DNA of 63,856 nt from Chiloscyllium plagiosum (GCF_004010195.1 NC_057750.1:9434062-9497917), one strand, 5' to 3'. Numbered from the stretch's first letter, positions 25,086 through 38,745 are shown. The notes: generated by a model from the letters alone, not told the origin. Numbers and translations are program-made.

Positions 25086-26116
25086 AGGCATGTTGACATT
25101 CTCAGGGAGTGGGGGCTCAGGATGTCTCTCCTTTAAGGGACCTCCCTTTGAAAGTTCTCCTTATGAGCCTGCAAATCCTGGCCTTTTGAGAATCCAGGCA
25201 ATCCGCTTTCTTTCTTTTGGCAAGCTATGGTTTAATCTGCCCTCCTGCTGCCCTGGGTGGAACATTCCGGAATCTTGCTGAATCTCTTCAACCTTATTGC
25301 AGGCTGGTTTTTTTTTTAGTTTGTTCCCGTTCAGCTCAATGTCCTCTCTTTCCACCCCCAACCTCTAATAGGACTCCTAACTCGAGCAGTCCTCCCTGTC
25401 ACCTCAGTCTGGTCTGCCCCTGCTGGCTGGATATTCAACCATAGTAACCATCATCATTTTCCAGACACTCACAAAGCGACATTCCCTGTTTTCAGGGTCA
25501 AGGGTCATGAACGCCGCCCCTGAGGTGGGTTGAGGGAACATCTCACCAGAGCTAGGGGCGGGAGGAGGCCATTCAGGCCCTGCCGGGCCTGCTCTGCCAT
25601 TCCATACCATCATGGCTGATCTCATCCTGGTCTCAACCCCACCGTCCTATCTGCTCTCCATAACCCTCCAACTCACCACTTGTTCAAAACCTCTCTCTGC
25701 CTGGAAATGTGTTCAGTGTCCCACCACACTCTGGGGCAGAGCAATCCACAGATTCATGAGCGGGGGATAGGAAGAGGCCATTCACTCCCTCAATACTAGC
25801 CCGCCATTTGGTTGGATCTGAGCTCATGTGTCTCGAAATGCCACTGAGCTGCCCCACTTCCATGCTGCTTCACCACCCCCCCCTGCCCACAGACAGACAA
25901 ATCTCTCCTTGGGAAATACGCCTGATGCCAGGGGTGAGGCTTGGCAGCAGAGATACAGCTCTGAACAGATGGAGGTGGTGAAAGGTGCAGAATCATTTGA
26001 CTCATACCCCACACTCGCTCTTGAAGCGTGCACAGCTTCGGCTTCCTCACACAAAAGCATGAACCATCCCTTCCCCCAGTTTCATATTTCCTTCTTCTGT
26101 AAAACATACATTAGTC

Positions 26117-26412
26117 ACTATCTAACCCTGTGCTGTTCCTGTCCTGGGAGTGTTTGATGGAGGGACAGTGTAGAGGGAGCTTTATTCTGTATCTAACCCC
26201 GTGTTGTCCCTGTCCCTGGGAGTGTTTGATGGTGGGACAGTGTAGAGAGAGCTTTACTCTGTATCTAACCCCGCGCTCTCCCTATCCTGAGAATGTTTGA
26301 TGGAGGGACAGTGTAGAGGGAACTTTACTCTGTATCTAGCCCTGTGCTGTCCCTGTTCTGGGAGTGTTTGATGGTGAACTGTGTATAAGGAGCTTTACTC
26401 TGTCTCTAAACC
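26117..26412. repeat. about 70-bp dispersed minisatellite array
   Basis: Unit ctttactctgtatctaaccccgtgctgtccctgtcctgggagtgtttgatggggacagtgtagagggag. Confidence 0.92.
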
Positions 26413-26699
26413 GTTGCTAGGGGGATCTAATGAACATGATTAGGAGAACGAAGCTGGGACAGGCGATAACACACCTCAGGCGAGGGGTAAGGTTGAGAAG
26501 ATGTGGCCTTCTTGCCAACCTACATTAGATAATGTGGCCATTGTCCAACCAGAGCTGCTCTCTCAGTAAAGAGAGAGAGAGGCGACTGGGGGTGGGGTGG
26601 AGGGGGCGGGGGCGGGGGTGGGGGGGTTAACCTGAGAGTCACCACAACTTCAGGCAGGGGGAGAGGGTGAGAAGACAGGGCCTTCAGGGGAAGTGGATA

Positions 26700-28038
26700 A
26701 CCAAGAGATTCCATTCGGAGTCAAGAGGGCAGGCTGCGTGCAGAGACGGAGGACATTGGTAGGGAGTTGAACGAATACCTCACTTCTGCCTTTACTCAGG
26801 AGAAAGAGGATGTGACAGAATTTGGGGAGAGTGGGGGATGCTGTGAGCAGATGGATTCGGCGAGCGAGGTGTTATTAGGAGGTTTCAACGTGGACAAATC
26901 CCCAGGCCCGGATGAGTTGAATCCCAAGCTGCTGTGGGAGGTGGGGGAGGAACTCCCAGGGTCCCCGACCCACGTTTTTAACTGGTTCCTGGGGAGGTGA
27001 CAGGTGACTGGAGGACAACCAACGTGGTCCCACTTGTCAAGAAGGGTGGTAGATGTTAGACCAGGGAACTACAGACCAGTGAGTCTCACGTCAGTGCTGG
27101 GGAAGCCAGTGAAGAGAAGGAGTGAATTAATCACCATTTAGTGAGACAGAGTTTGATTAGAAATCGAAACCAAAGTCAGAAACAAAAATAGAAATTGCTG
27201 GAAAAGCTCAGCAGGTCTGCAGAGAGAAATCAGAGTCAATGTTTCGGGTTGAGTGACCCCCTTCCTCAGCGTTCTAACAGACCTGCTGAGCTTTTCCAGC
27301 AATTTCTATCTCGGAGAGTTGACATGGTTTTGTCAGAGGCGGGTCATTCTTGACTGACAAAGCTGACGGGTTGTCCGAAAGGCTTGATGAGGGGAGAGCA
27401 GTTGATGTAGTTTATATGGACTTGAGCAAGGCCTTTGACCAGGCCCCACGCGGAAGAATGGTACAGAAGGCACTAGTTTGTGGTATCCAGGGTAACTCGG
27501 CAAGACGGATTGGCTTAGCGACGGGAGGCAGAGGAGGTAGAGAGGGGACCCTGACAAAGGTGTGTATGTTCCTGAAGAAGGGCTTATGCCCGAAACGTCG
27601 ATTCTCCTGCTCCTTGGATGCTGCCTGACCTGCTGCGCTTTTCCAGCAACACATTTTTCAGCTCTGATCTCCAGCATCTGCAGCCCTCACTTTCTCCTTG
27701 TTTATGAGGGGCATGGATTGGATGAATAGAAAGCAACTGAGTCCCCCCAAGTCAATAACAAAGGGGGGCCTCATTTTAAGGTGAAAGGCAGGAGGTTTAA
27801 AGGGAATTTGAGGGAAACATGTTTCACCCAGAGGGTGGCGGGGGTCTGGAATGCACTGCCTGGGAGAGTATTTGAGGTGGGAAACCCTTGCAACCTTTAA
27901 AATTACTTGGAACAGCACTTGAAATGTCATAACATTCAAAGTGATGGGCCCTTTGTGGGTCAGGTCGGAGCAGTGTAGATAGATCAGCATAGACTTGATG
28001 GGCTGAAGCGCCTCTTTCATGCTGTATGACTCTATGAC
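26700..28038 (+). mobile_element. old CR1 LINE ORF2 (RT) with PLE inserts
   Basis: KSPGPD, PGNYRPVSLTSV and AVDVVYMDLSKAFD motifs; PLE pieces at about 27165-27310 and 27569-27698. Confidence 0.85.
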
Positions 28039-28194
28039 TGTCCCTGTCCTGGGAATGTTTGATGGGAAAGTGTGGAGGCAGATTTAATTTCGCTTTAAAA
28101 GAGTCAGTGAGTTCTGTGGTCGACCTAATCCCATGTTGTCTGCATCCAGGGAGTAATTGGTGTCCACAGGGGACATTATTTTCAGTTTAAAAAA

Positions 28195-28728
28195 ATAGAG
28201 GGAGCTTTACGCTGTCTCGAGCCCTCTGTGCTGTCCCTGTCCCTGAGAGTGATTGATGGGGGAATAATGTAGAGGCAGCTTTACTCTGTATCTAACCCTG
28301 TGCTGTCCCTGGGAGGGTTTGATGGGGACAGTGTTGAGGGAGCTTCACTCTGTATCTAACCCTGTGCTCTCCCTGTCCCTTGGAGTGTTTGATGGGGGGA
28401 CAGTGTAGAGAGAGCTTTACTCTGTATCTAACCCTGTGCTCTCCCTGTCCCTTGGATGTTTGATGGGGACAGTGTAGAGAGAGCTTTACTCTGTATCTAA
28501 CCCAATGCTGTCCCTATTCTGGGAGTGTTTGATGGGGGACAGTGTAGAGGGAGTTTTACTCTGTATCTAACCCCGTACTGTCACTGTCCCTGGGAGTGTT
28601 TGATGGGGGACAGTGTAGAGGGACCTTTACTCTGTATCTAACCCCATGCTGTCCCTGTCCTGGGAGTGTTTGATGGGGGACAGCATAGAGGGAGTTTTAC
28701 TCTGTATCTAACCCCGTGCTGTCCCTGC
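28195..28728. repeat. about 70-bp dispersed minisatellite array
   Basis: Same unit as 26117; ends about 30 nt before the DACT3 terminal exon. Confidence 0.95.
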
Positions 28729-28758
28729 TCTAACGTCAATAACCTTTCTCTTTCCCAG

Positions 28759-30776
28759 CGGAGCCTCTGCACCTGGACCGGGAGGAGAGTCTGAGCTACG
28801 CTGACAGTGACTATGTCTCCTCTGTGCCGCGTTCCTTCTCAGCCAATCACGCGGACTCGTTCGAGGCCCTGATGGACGTGCAGCCCAAGTACCAGTGCGA
28901 CCTGATCACCCGCGATGGCCTGGACCTCTTCCCGTACCCGAGCCCCCTGCACGCCATGGCTGTGCAGAGTCCGCTACTGTGCCCCCAGATGCTGAGGGCC
29001 AACAGCGAGGAGAAGCCCCTCTCACCCACCTCCTACCTGAGCAGCTACAAGCTGGACGACGATGGCGAGATGTTCTTCGGCTCCCAGGGCGATCTGCCCC
29101 CGGGCCTGGAGGCCGTGCACTCGAAGAGGCTGGAGAACTACATCGCAGGCCTGGTACACAAACGCGTCTACCCGGTTCGGCCCAGCAAGCCAAGGACTAG
29201 CTTCAGCACAGAGGCCATGAAAGGCCTAATGAGGCAGAGCAGCATGTGCCAGAGGAGCACGGAGGCTGCCAATCCCCCCGGCGCAGGCTGCGATCAGGTC
29301 TGGCCTTCGTCCGAGCGCAGGAATATCCCGAGTTCCCACAGCTTCGACGGGAGCCTGCCGTCGCCCAAGTACAGGCCTCAGTGGACTTCCAGCAGGGAGC
29401 ACCTGTCCGTCAAGAAAAACATCCCCTCCTGCCAATCCGTGGACAGCTTCGCCGCTGCTATCCAGCAGCAAAAGAGCGTGGACGAGGGCCAGAATTCACA
29501 GCAGAGCCTGAGGAAGCCGATCCGGCTCATGGCTAACACGCCTCCCATGAGGCCCACCTCTCTCGAGTATCATGAGCTGAATTATCATCCGGCCACGAGG
29601 GCTTCCCCTCAGGAGAACTACTACCAGAACGTGTACGAACTGAACGACAGGTCTCAGGCTTTCCTTGATGACAGGCATCAGGCCTTTCTCGACAACAGGT
29701 CTCAGGCCTTCCTCGACAACAGGCCTCAGGCCTTCCTCGATGACAGGTCTCAGGCCTTCCTCGATGAGAGGCGTCAGGCCTTCATGTCTGCTAGACCCGA
29801 GTCCTCAGAGCTCCGTTCGCCGCCCTTTGACAAACCACCGGGGTCGGAGGTCAGCGGGGGCCGGAGGTCGCCCGGGGGAGACGACGGCGGGTACCAGATG
29901 GTCAGCGCGCAGTACATCCCGGCTCAGCAGTCGTACAAAGCCCATGCCTCCAGCCACGGCGGTAAGGCCAAGGGGCCGCCGCTGAGCAAAGGGCGCTCCG
30001 TCGACGCCTCGCCTGAGGCTGGGGCGCCCCCTGGCTTCCGGGAGAAGGGCAAGGCCTCGAGCAAGAAGTGCCGCTTCAGCGAGGAGAGCGAGCCGGCCAA
30101 GCGGAGTGGGCGGAGGCCCTCCCCCAGGGGCAAGAAGACCTGCCGCTCCCAGTCAGAGAACAGCCTCCTGAACCGGCACGGGGTGCCTTGCATCAAGTAC
30201 AACACCGTGGAGCGGGACGAGGTGACGGGAGCCAGGCCGACACGCTCCAGGCGGCATCCCAACGGCTATCACCGGCGCTGGAGGTCGACAGCGGAGATCT
30301 CCCGGGATGAGGGGTCAGCCCTGCCCCCCAGCTGTGAGCCCTACCCCCAGGCCGACGGGCGGAGAAGGCCCAGGAGGTACCTGAAGCCTCAGGGGAATCC
30401 GGGGAGCGACTCGGAATATCCGGCCCGGCATCGCGGGCCAGGGGGCGGGGGGGAGGAGGAGGAGGGGGATGGGGAGGAGGGGAGGGCACCCGGCGCCCGG
30501 GTCTACGCCGCCAACTGCTTCGGGGACAGCGAGTCGAGCCTGAGCGAGGCCCAGTCGCCAGGCCTCAGCAGCTGCTCCAGCGATACGGACGAGGAGGAGG
30601 AGGGGGAGGAGGAGGAGGCCGCCGGCCTCGTCTGGCCCCAGCAGCTGAGCCCGCAGGCTACAGGCCGTGAGTCTGGGCCACCCAAGGCCTTCGTGAAGAT
30701 CAAAGCCTCGCACGCCCTGAAGAAGAAGATCCTCCGCTTTCGGACGGGCTCCCTCAAGGTGATGACCACCGTGTGA
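28759..30776 (+). CDS. DACT3: Dapper homolog 3, terminal coding exon
   Basis: Acceptor ctttctctttcccag ends at 28758; frame open to TGA at 30774-30776. Motifs VPRSFSA, KYQCDL, PSPLHAMAVQSP, AQYIP, RSQSENSL, RRWRSTAEI and C-terminal KIKASHALKKKILRFRTGSLKVMTTV; KVMTTV, ERPKSL and VPRSFSA favour DACT3 over DACT1/2. Confidence 0.93.
29646..29789 (+). repeat. coding minisatellite, 6 x 24 bp (DRSQAFLD-like)
   Basis: Six in-frame copies of gacaggtctcaggccttcctcgat-like units within the DACT3 exon. Confidence 0.95.
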
Positions 30777-31734
30777 CCAAGGGCTGGCCAGTGGACCGAC
30801 GGGCGGACTGGCGTTTCGAGTTCCCGCCGCCTCCCGGTCGCCTCGGGATCGTTCCGGGGTGGGAAAGCGCTTTTGCAGCCAACTCGCTAATTTGTGGAAG
30901 CGTGTTGTCAACGTCAGCGGGCGCAGAGGCCGCCACCGCGCACAGAAAGATCCCAGGGACAAACCAGCCGGCCAACTGTGGTATTTTCTTTTCTCGCTGC
31001 CCCGCCCCCGTCCTCCCCTTCCCCCCTCCCCGCCCCACCTCCCCCCCCCCCCCCACCGTAAAGCAACGGGAACTCCTTCCTTTCCAAATGGTGGCCATGC
31101 GATCTTTTACGCAGGGTAGGAGGGAACACTGGTCGGGTCTGGGTTGGGGAAGGGGTCAATGATTGGTAGGATGTTGGTGTTGGGGTGCGGAAGGGGTCAA
31201 ATGGAGGGGAAGAAGGACAGCGATTGGCAGGGTGGGGGGTTTGGGGATGACTCGGGTTGGAGCCACACCTGCAAGATGGCACGTGTGGGAGTGCGGACTT
31301 CCCTTGGCGCCAGGCGGTGGGGATTTGTTGGCCTAGTCAGTGGGGCCTACAGCCTCAGAGCGGGATTTGAAGCTGCAGTTTTCTGACCTGTGGGCGCGAG
31401 GGGTGCTATCTGAGTCGCTGTTTCTGTATTCATTGGCGAGAGGATTTGGGCCTCAAAAAGCCTGTCTTCAATGGGAGTCAATTCAAGATGGCAGCCATCA
31501 GGGGACAGTTTCAATTAGTTGGCAAGGCACAACAGGAAGTGTTCATATTTTTCCCAGGGTGGGTGTCATGGATTCTGCTAAAGGAGGAATATGAATTGTT
31601 AGCGAACTGCAATTTATTTAACTCTGTTTCTTGAGGTAACAGTTAGACAGAAGGCTTCTGTGGTCAAGGGTCATGCAAAAGCTCAATCCTTCTGTCTCTA
31701 AAGCTGCCTCACCCCCTTCCATCTCATAAAAATC

Positions 31735-31740
31735 AATAAA
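31735..31740 (+). promoter_or_regulatory. candidate polyadenylation signal of DACT3
   Basis: AATAAA about 960 nt after the stop, at the end of unique 3' sequence just before repeats resume. Confidence 0.45.
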
Positions 31741-32099
31741 AGTCCAGCGGAAATAGACAGGCTAAAGGATGTTCCCAAAGACCTGGGATTCTGGAACTAG
31801 GAGGTTACGGGTCTAAGGCCTACAGGGTAGGACTATGATGAGGAGAAATATCCTCATCCAGAGAGCGGGCGCGCCTGTGGAATTCTCTGCCCCAGGAAGC
31901 GGTTGTGGCCTAAACATTGAATATTTTCGCAAAGGAGTAGGATACAGTTCTGAGGGAACCGATGGAAACGGGAAGGAAGCAAATACGGGGGGGCGCTGAG
32001 TTGAAAGGTCAGCCACGATCGTATTGAATGGCGGAGCAGGCTCGAGTGGCCGGATGGCCTACACCTCCCATTTTCTATGTCTCTGTGTTTAAGACATTC

Positions 32100-32222
32100 C
32101 TTTACCCATCGCCAACCAGAGCTGGCTCCTCATCCCAGCAACGCCCTACGTTTTAAATTCCCAATTGTTGGTATCCAAATGCCTCCATGGTGTCACTTCC
32201 CCCTCCTGATCTGTGTAACTGG
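32100..32222 (+). mobile_element. L2 LINE ORF2 remnant
   Basis: Degenerate WL..QQR..FKI.....K.LHG motif. Confidence 0.5.
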
Positions 32223-32475
32223 ACTCCTAGTCCCAAGGTGAAGCCCAGTGCGGACTTGGTCTGCTGTTATCTTTTCTTCCTCTTTCTCTGCTTTACAAAG
32301 CCCGTAATGCTGAATTTTTAACTCCATTTCTTTATTTCTCTAATTTATACCTAAGCTTTTGTATCTAGCTACCTTTGTACCTAAGGTAGCGCCAGAAATG
32401 GCAATTTAATAACCTTTTCACAGTATTCCTGTACATTGGCAATAAAATCTAATTCTAGTTCTAAGTTTAATTCAC

Positions 32476-33436
32476 ATAGAGTTAGACAGCACGGAAACAG
32501 ACCCTTCGGCCCAACCAGTCCATGCTGACCATAATCCCAAACTAAACTAGCCCCACCTGCCTGCTCGTGGCCCATATCCCTCCAAAGCTTTCCTATTCCT
32601 GTTCGTCCCAGTCTATCCAGCCTCTCCTTATAGCTCAAACCCTCCATTCCCAGCAACATAGAATCATAGAATCATAGAGATGTACAGCACGGAAACAGAC
32701 CCTTCGGTCCGACCCGTCCATGCCAGCCAGATATCCCAACCCAATCTAGTCCCACCTGCCAGCACCCGGCCCATATCCCTCCAAACCCTTCCTAAACATA
32801 TACCCATCCAAATGCCTCTTAAATGTTGTAATTGTACCAGCCTCCACCACTTCCTCTGGCAGCTCATTCCATACACGTACCATCCTCTGCATGAAAAAGT
32901 TGCCCCTTAGGTCTCTTTTATATCTTTCCCCTCTCACCTGAAACCTATGCCCTCTAGTTCTGGATTCCCCAATCCCAGGGAAAAGACTTTGTCTACTTAT
33001 CCTATCCATGCCCCGCATGATTTTATATACCTCTATAAGGTCACCCCCTCAGCCTCTGATGCTCCAGGGAAAACAGTCCCAGCCTGTTCAGCCTCTCTCT
33101 ATAACTCAAATCCTCCAACCCTGGCAACATCTTGTAAATCTTTTCCGAACCCTTTCAAGTTTCATAACATCTTTCCGATAGGAAGGAGACCAGAACTGCA
33201 TGCAGTATTCCAACAGTAGCCTAACCAATGTCCTGTACAGCCACAACATGACCTCCCAACTCATGTACTCAATACTCTGACCAATAAAGGAAAGCATACC
33301 AATCGCCTTCTTCACTATCCTATGTAAGTCTCTTCTGAACCCTCTCCAGTTTAATAATATCCTTCCTATATCAGGGAGACCAGAACTGGACACAGTTCTC
33401 CAGGAGAGGCCTTACTAACGTCCTGTACAACCTCAA
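32476..33436 (-). mobile_element. nested CR1 LINE 3' ends (younger copy 32658-33322 inside an older one)
   Basis: ORF RTRGHRFQVRGERYKRDLRGNFF; (atagaatc)n tail at 32658. Confidence 0.9.
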
Positions 33437-36400
33437 AATTCTTCGCCTCCAGCTCCCCGCAAGGAAATCTCTGCTCTCCTCCGATTCCATCATCTTCAGC
33501 ATTGCCCCCCCCCCCCCCACCCCCCCGCATTCCATCGCTCCACCACTGGTGGCTGTGTCGTCAGCTGCCTGGTTCCCAATCTCCGGAACTCCCTTCCCAA
33601 ATCTCTGACCATCTTGACTTTAAGAAGTTCCTGGAAAATATTTGCTTTCTGGCTGAGCTCTCGGATCCCGTTTCGGAGGATTTCCTTCAAGGGTTCAGTG
33701 ACGATTTGCTGTCCGATTGATGCTCCCGTGTTTAGCTCCGTCGAAGGTGCTGTATAAATGCAAGTTATTGTTGTTGGATGCCTGTTGTCCTTCCTGTTCC
33801 CATTTTTCAACCGCAAGTGAGTGGGCGGGTCACTGTCGACCTTACAGTTGTCACCCCTGTTTTGTTTTTGAAAAATCTGCAGCTTCCAGAGTTAGAGAGG
33901 TCAAAGTGCAGCCACTCTGCCCATTCAGCCTGCTTCAAAACTATCCCTGACCAATTGTGGCCACTTCCCTGCTCACTCCCCGTGTTCCTCGATTCTCCCA
34001 GAGACCCAACAGTCTGTCTGTCCCAGCCTTCAGGATCCCATAAGGCTCCAAGTGTTGGAAAATGGGATTCGAATAGATTGGTGACAAGCACAAACATGAT
34101 GGGTTGAAGGGCCTCTTTCTGCACTGAGTAAATCTCAGTGACCGTTACCGTATCCGACGACAGGACATCCGCAACCCTCTGGGGTTGAAAACCCGAAGGA
34201 TTTGCAATGTTGTGAGTGAAGGGGGTGCTCCTCAACTCAGTCCTAAAACATCAGTTCCTTATCGTGAAACCCCCCTCCCCATGTTCGAGATACTCCATCT
34301 GACCCATCATGCGCATCCAGAAGCTTGTACGTCCCAACGGGATCCCCACTTTGTTTCTATAAATTCCAGGGGAACATAAACTCCATTTACACAATGTCTC
34401 AGCATGCTCAGAGTCGAAAAGTGTGGTGCTGGAAAAGCACAGCTGGCCGGGCAGCATCCGAGGAGCAGGAGAGTCGACATTTTGAGCGTAAGCTCTTCGC
34501 CTCCCGTGCGGGTGTATCCATCCCTAAATCTGGAGACCAAGAATGCACAGAGCATTCCAAACATAATCTCACCAAAATCCCGTACAATAATGGCAAAAAC
34601 AAGGTTTTCTTTTGTACTCCATTCTCCAGTGACCTTCTAATTACTTGTTATAAAATTATTCCATCATTTCTGCATTCCCTGTGATCACTTTTCACACTTC
34701 TGCTTCCAACATTTACTTTAGCTACTCTCCTCCTTTTTTAAAAAAAAATCACCATTTTGAATCCACCTGTTACAACACAACTCCAGAAGGGCTGGGATTT
34801 GAAGCAGTACCTGTCGGCCCAGAGGTAGAGACGCTATCACTGTGCCAGAAGAGGACCTTCCTCTATAATGAATCCTAGCAAGAGCTCGTCACGAATCACA
34901 GATTGCGACAACGCAGTAAGAAGCCATCATTTCTGCACTGGCTCTCAGTAACGTACCCAGGACCATTCTCCCATCTTCTCCTCGTAACCCCTTACATACA
35001 GTGACCCAATGTCCTCTTGAAAGCCTCAATTGAATCCACCACCACCATAGACTCGGGCATTACATTCCAGATCTTAACAACTCACCATGTGAAATGGTTT
35101 TTCCTTGTACCACTGATGCTTCTTTTGATATTCACTGTCAATCTGTTCCCTCTCATTCTCAATCCTTCCACCAATGGGAACAGTTACTCTTTCTACGCTG
35201 TCCAATCATGATTTTGGAAGCTTCCATCAGATCCTCCCTCAACCTTCTCCAAGTAAAACAGTCCCAGCATCTTCATTGTCTCCATGTAAGTGAGGTTCCT
35301 CATCCCTTGGACCACCTTTCTTAGCTATCTCTCTAATGTCTCCATGCCATGCAACTTGTTTTCAATATTGCTGGCTGATTTACATCTGAGAAACGAACAG
35401 GAATTCAATGCCATTGCAACTAATGTGGAGTTTAACCTTGATAATCTTTCACGCCCTTCCCTTCGGTTTTTAAGAAGCTATCTACCTCCGCCATACACTG
35501 ATGTAACCATTTTGCATCCGCTGTCCTTTTGAGGGAGGGAATTCCCAGGATTCATGACCCTCAGAGAGGAAAATAAATGTTTGCTCATCGATGTTCAGGT
35601 GGGCTCACCCTTCCTTTTAAACTAAATCTCCCGCTCATGTCACGTAATGTTTCTCTCTTTGTTGATTCTTTCTCTGCCAGCCTTGGACACCGTTGTTGCT
35701 CAGAGAAAAGGCCAGTTGCCCCTTTGATACCAGAGGCCTTGTGTGGGTAGCAACAAGGGGCTAAGGCTGGCCAACGCAGTGGGGCAAGACTAGGAGGTGT
35801 GGAACTGGCTTCGCTCTGGTTACCATGGACACCATTGACCAGCCTCGACAACCGCCCAACCTCTCCACCTCAGAAGGCCTGGAAAGAGGAAGTGGGGCTC
35901 CTGACTTCGGCACCCCCCCCCCCCCCCCCAAACCCTCGCCTGACCATCTCAAACGTGGCACTATCCATCCCTCTCAGCTACACTCCCTGCAACCCCCCCC
36001 TCCACTCAACTGACCAATGGGACCTGTCAACACGGGTCAGCTGGTCCACAACCCAGTTCTGTCATCAGTAAGCCACCATTAATTCATGGCCGAGAGAGTT
36101 GCTGATGGAATTGTTGAAAATGTGCCCAAATGTTTGAAGTTAAAGTTAGGATTCTCTTTCCACCTGGACAGTCTCCATGGAGCAACTTTTTGAAACAGGA
36201 ATTGGGATTATTATTCCCAGAGAGAACCTGGTGAGGCGATGGTTGTGGGGTGAGGGGTGTGGGGGAGGGGGAAGTGTGGGATTCTTTATTGAACGGCCAG
36301 CATTATCATGGTGGGCCAAAAATCTCCTTCTGTCCCACAGTCGGAAAAGTAAAGTCACCATAGTCCTACCAGACTGTAAGGCTACGATATCATTCGAGGG

Positions 36401-38424
36401 AGGTGACTGGTCGTGGTTTAACCAGAGGGTCACCGTGCCTCAGGCAAGGGGAGAGGTTGAGGAGAAGAGTCCATTCATGGTGACCTCAGCCGGTGATGGG
36501 GATTGAACCCACGTTGTTGGGGGTCCCTCACTGTCGAAGGCTAAACTAACAGCGTGATGAACTAAAATGTTGTGTTTTTTTTTCTTGAGCAGCTGATCAG
36601 GTCTCAATGACGAGGGGAATGGGGAGAAAAGTTCAGGTCCCATGAAAATTACCCCCTCTTATTCCCTCCACGTTCCACCCGGTAACTCAAGTGTGGCTAT
36701 GGAGCCTGAGACCTCAGGCTGACTGGTGTTAAAAGCAGTGTAAGTGTTGTTGCTTTAGCTGTTAGGTGAGAAGGGGAATGGTTTGAGGTGGGAATTTTTT
36801 TTTGGCTGTCTCACCTCCCTGGCACCCAATCTTTAAGACTTTTTACGGGGTTATTTTCAACAAAGCAAGCCAGTTTGGTTGATTTTGATCGCCTTGTGTT
36901 CCACTGCTGCCCTGTCATGAGGTGACATATTGGGATCTGATTTGAGGGGGTGAGGGGTGGGGGTAAAGGTAGGCCCCACCTCAGGGAATTATGGAATTGT
37001 TACGGCACAGAAAGAGGCCATTTGGCCCATTTTCTAGGCTCCATGACCTCGTCCTTGCCTTTCCACCTGACCTTTCTAAGGTGGGATGGGAGGGTTGGAG
37101 ACGGGTGAAACCTACAGCATCAAGATGCCTCATTGGGGGCTTCTTGGTACAAACTAGGCCGGAGAGGGTGAGGGGGAGGTGCTGGAGTGAGTGGAAGGAC
37201 ATGAGGTTTGAGCTCAATTTGTTTCCCCTCCCCCTGCGTTTTGGTGGTGGATTTGACATGGGAGTGCAGGCCTCCTGTAGGCCACCTTGCGCAGTCAAGA
37301 TTAAGGATCATTCCCCCATTTGGAAGCTGCCAGCCTGACAAGGGGTTGGAGGCAGTGGGTTAGGGGTGCCAAATGGGAGTCTCCAGCAGTTTGATGGATT
37401 AGCCATTGGTGTGCCAACTAATACCACCACGACCGGTTAATACGTTTGGTGATGGCGTCAAGAGGGCGAGGGATAGGGTGTGGGGAGACATTAGTGGTGT
37501 GTAGGAGGGTGGATGGCCTGGGCTCAGTTTGACTCTTGACCCTTGACCCATGCCACTGAATGGCGGTTCAAAGCTGACTGAGCAAAGCCAAATGGTTGGT
37601 CCAACCCTCTCATATCCGCCATTGGCCTATCCCCTGGGCACCTCACTTTCCAAAAGCCATGCGGGAAGAGGAAAAGAGCTCCTTTTCGTCCAATCCAATG
37701 GTTCCCAATCGGATAGTCTTCCCTGACCCAGCCTTGTCTCCTGTATTTTTTTATATCTGCAAAGTTGTACATAAGAAAAATGTAAAAATAAAGGAAACGT
37801 CAGTTTTGATGGCTCTATGAATTTCTCCCCTGAGTCCTTGCTGATGGCTGGATTTTCAATTTCCAATCCCCTGGGACCTCAAGGGTGGGCCTGGAGGAGT
37901 TGGTGAGTCCAAGTGAAAGTAGGCCTCTGGTCCCCCTGCAGTGTGCCGCTTATGTCCTTCCCTCACCCAAAACGGGGTGAGGCCTACTAGAACCTGGCTT
38001 GACTGTGGCTGATCAACGTTGTCACCTATGTCACTGTGTCATGGTCAAAGTGATGTTCATGGAGTATTCGAAGATATTAAAAATTTTATCATGGAGTGAT
38101 TACAAACCTGCGTCTCTTTGTCATTTATTTTCTCGCGCTTTTGAAGGTTTGTTTATTCACTCGGCAGGCAGAGCTAAAATGGTTAAATTTGGATGTCAAA
38201 GGTGAGGTTTGGGCTCCATCCAACATAGGCTGGGCAGGGGGTGGGAGAGTCGAATCGATGATTAAAGTGGTCTGATGTGGTGGGGTGGGGGGGGGACAGT
38301 GTGATTGAGCTCTCCCCACTCACAGCCTGGGCCTGCAGTCAGGGCAGATCCTTTGATCTACAACCTTTACCCCTTCCCCGCATTGCACTAACTAACCCAG
38401 GCATCTCTCCTGCTCTCACTGCTG

Positions 38425-38745
38425 CAGTGCTGCTTCAGTGGTTAGCGCTGCTGCCTCACAGCGCCAGGGACCCGGGTTCGATTCTAGCCTCGGGTGACTG
38501 ATGTATGGAGTTTGCACATTCTCCCCGTGTCTGTGTGGGTTCCCTCCGGGTGCTCCAGTTTCCTCTCACAGTCTAAAGATGTGCAGGTCAGAGTGGATTG
38601 GCCGTGCTAAATTGCCCATTGTGTCCAGAGATGTGCAGGCTGGGTGGATTAGCCATGGGGAATGCAGGGTTACAGGTATAGGGTGGGGGGGGATGGATCA
38701 GGGTGGGATACTCTTTGTGCAATCAATGGGCCAAAGAGCCTCTGA
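38425..38745 (+). mobile_element. HE1-type V-SINE
   Basis: Head and V-domain. Confidence 0.88.

Noticed and set aside
28824..28826. GTG start of the 650-aa ORF
   Set aside because: Eukaryotic internal codon; the exon starts at the acceptor at 28759.
29226..30962. Overlapping and antisense ORFs on the DACT3 exon
   Set aside because: Expected shadow ORFs in GC-rich coding sequence.
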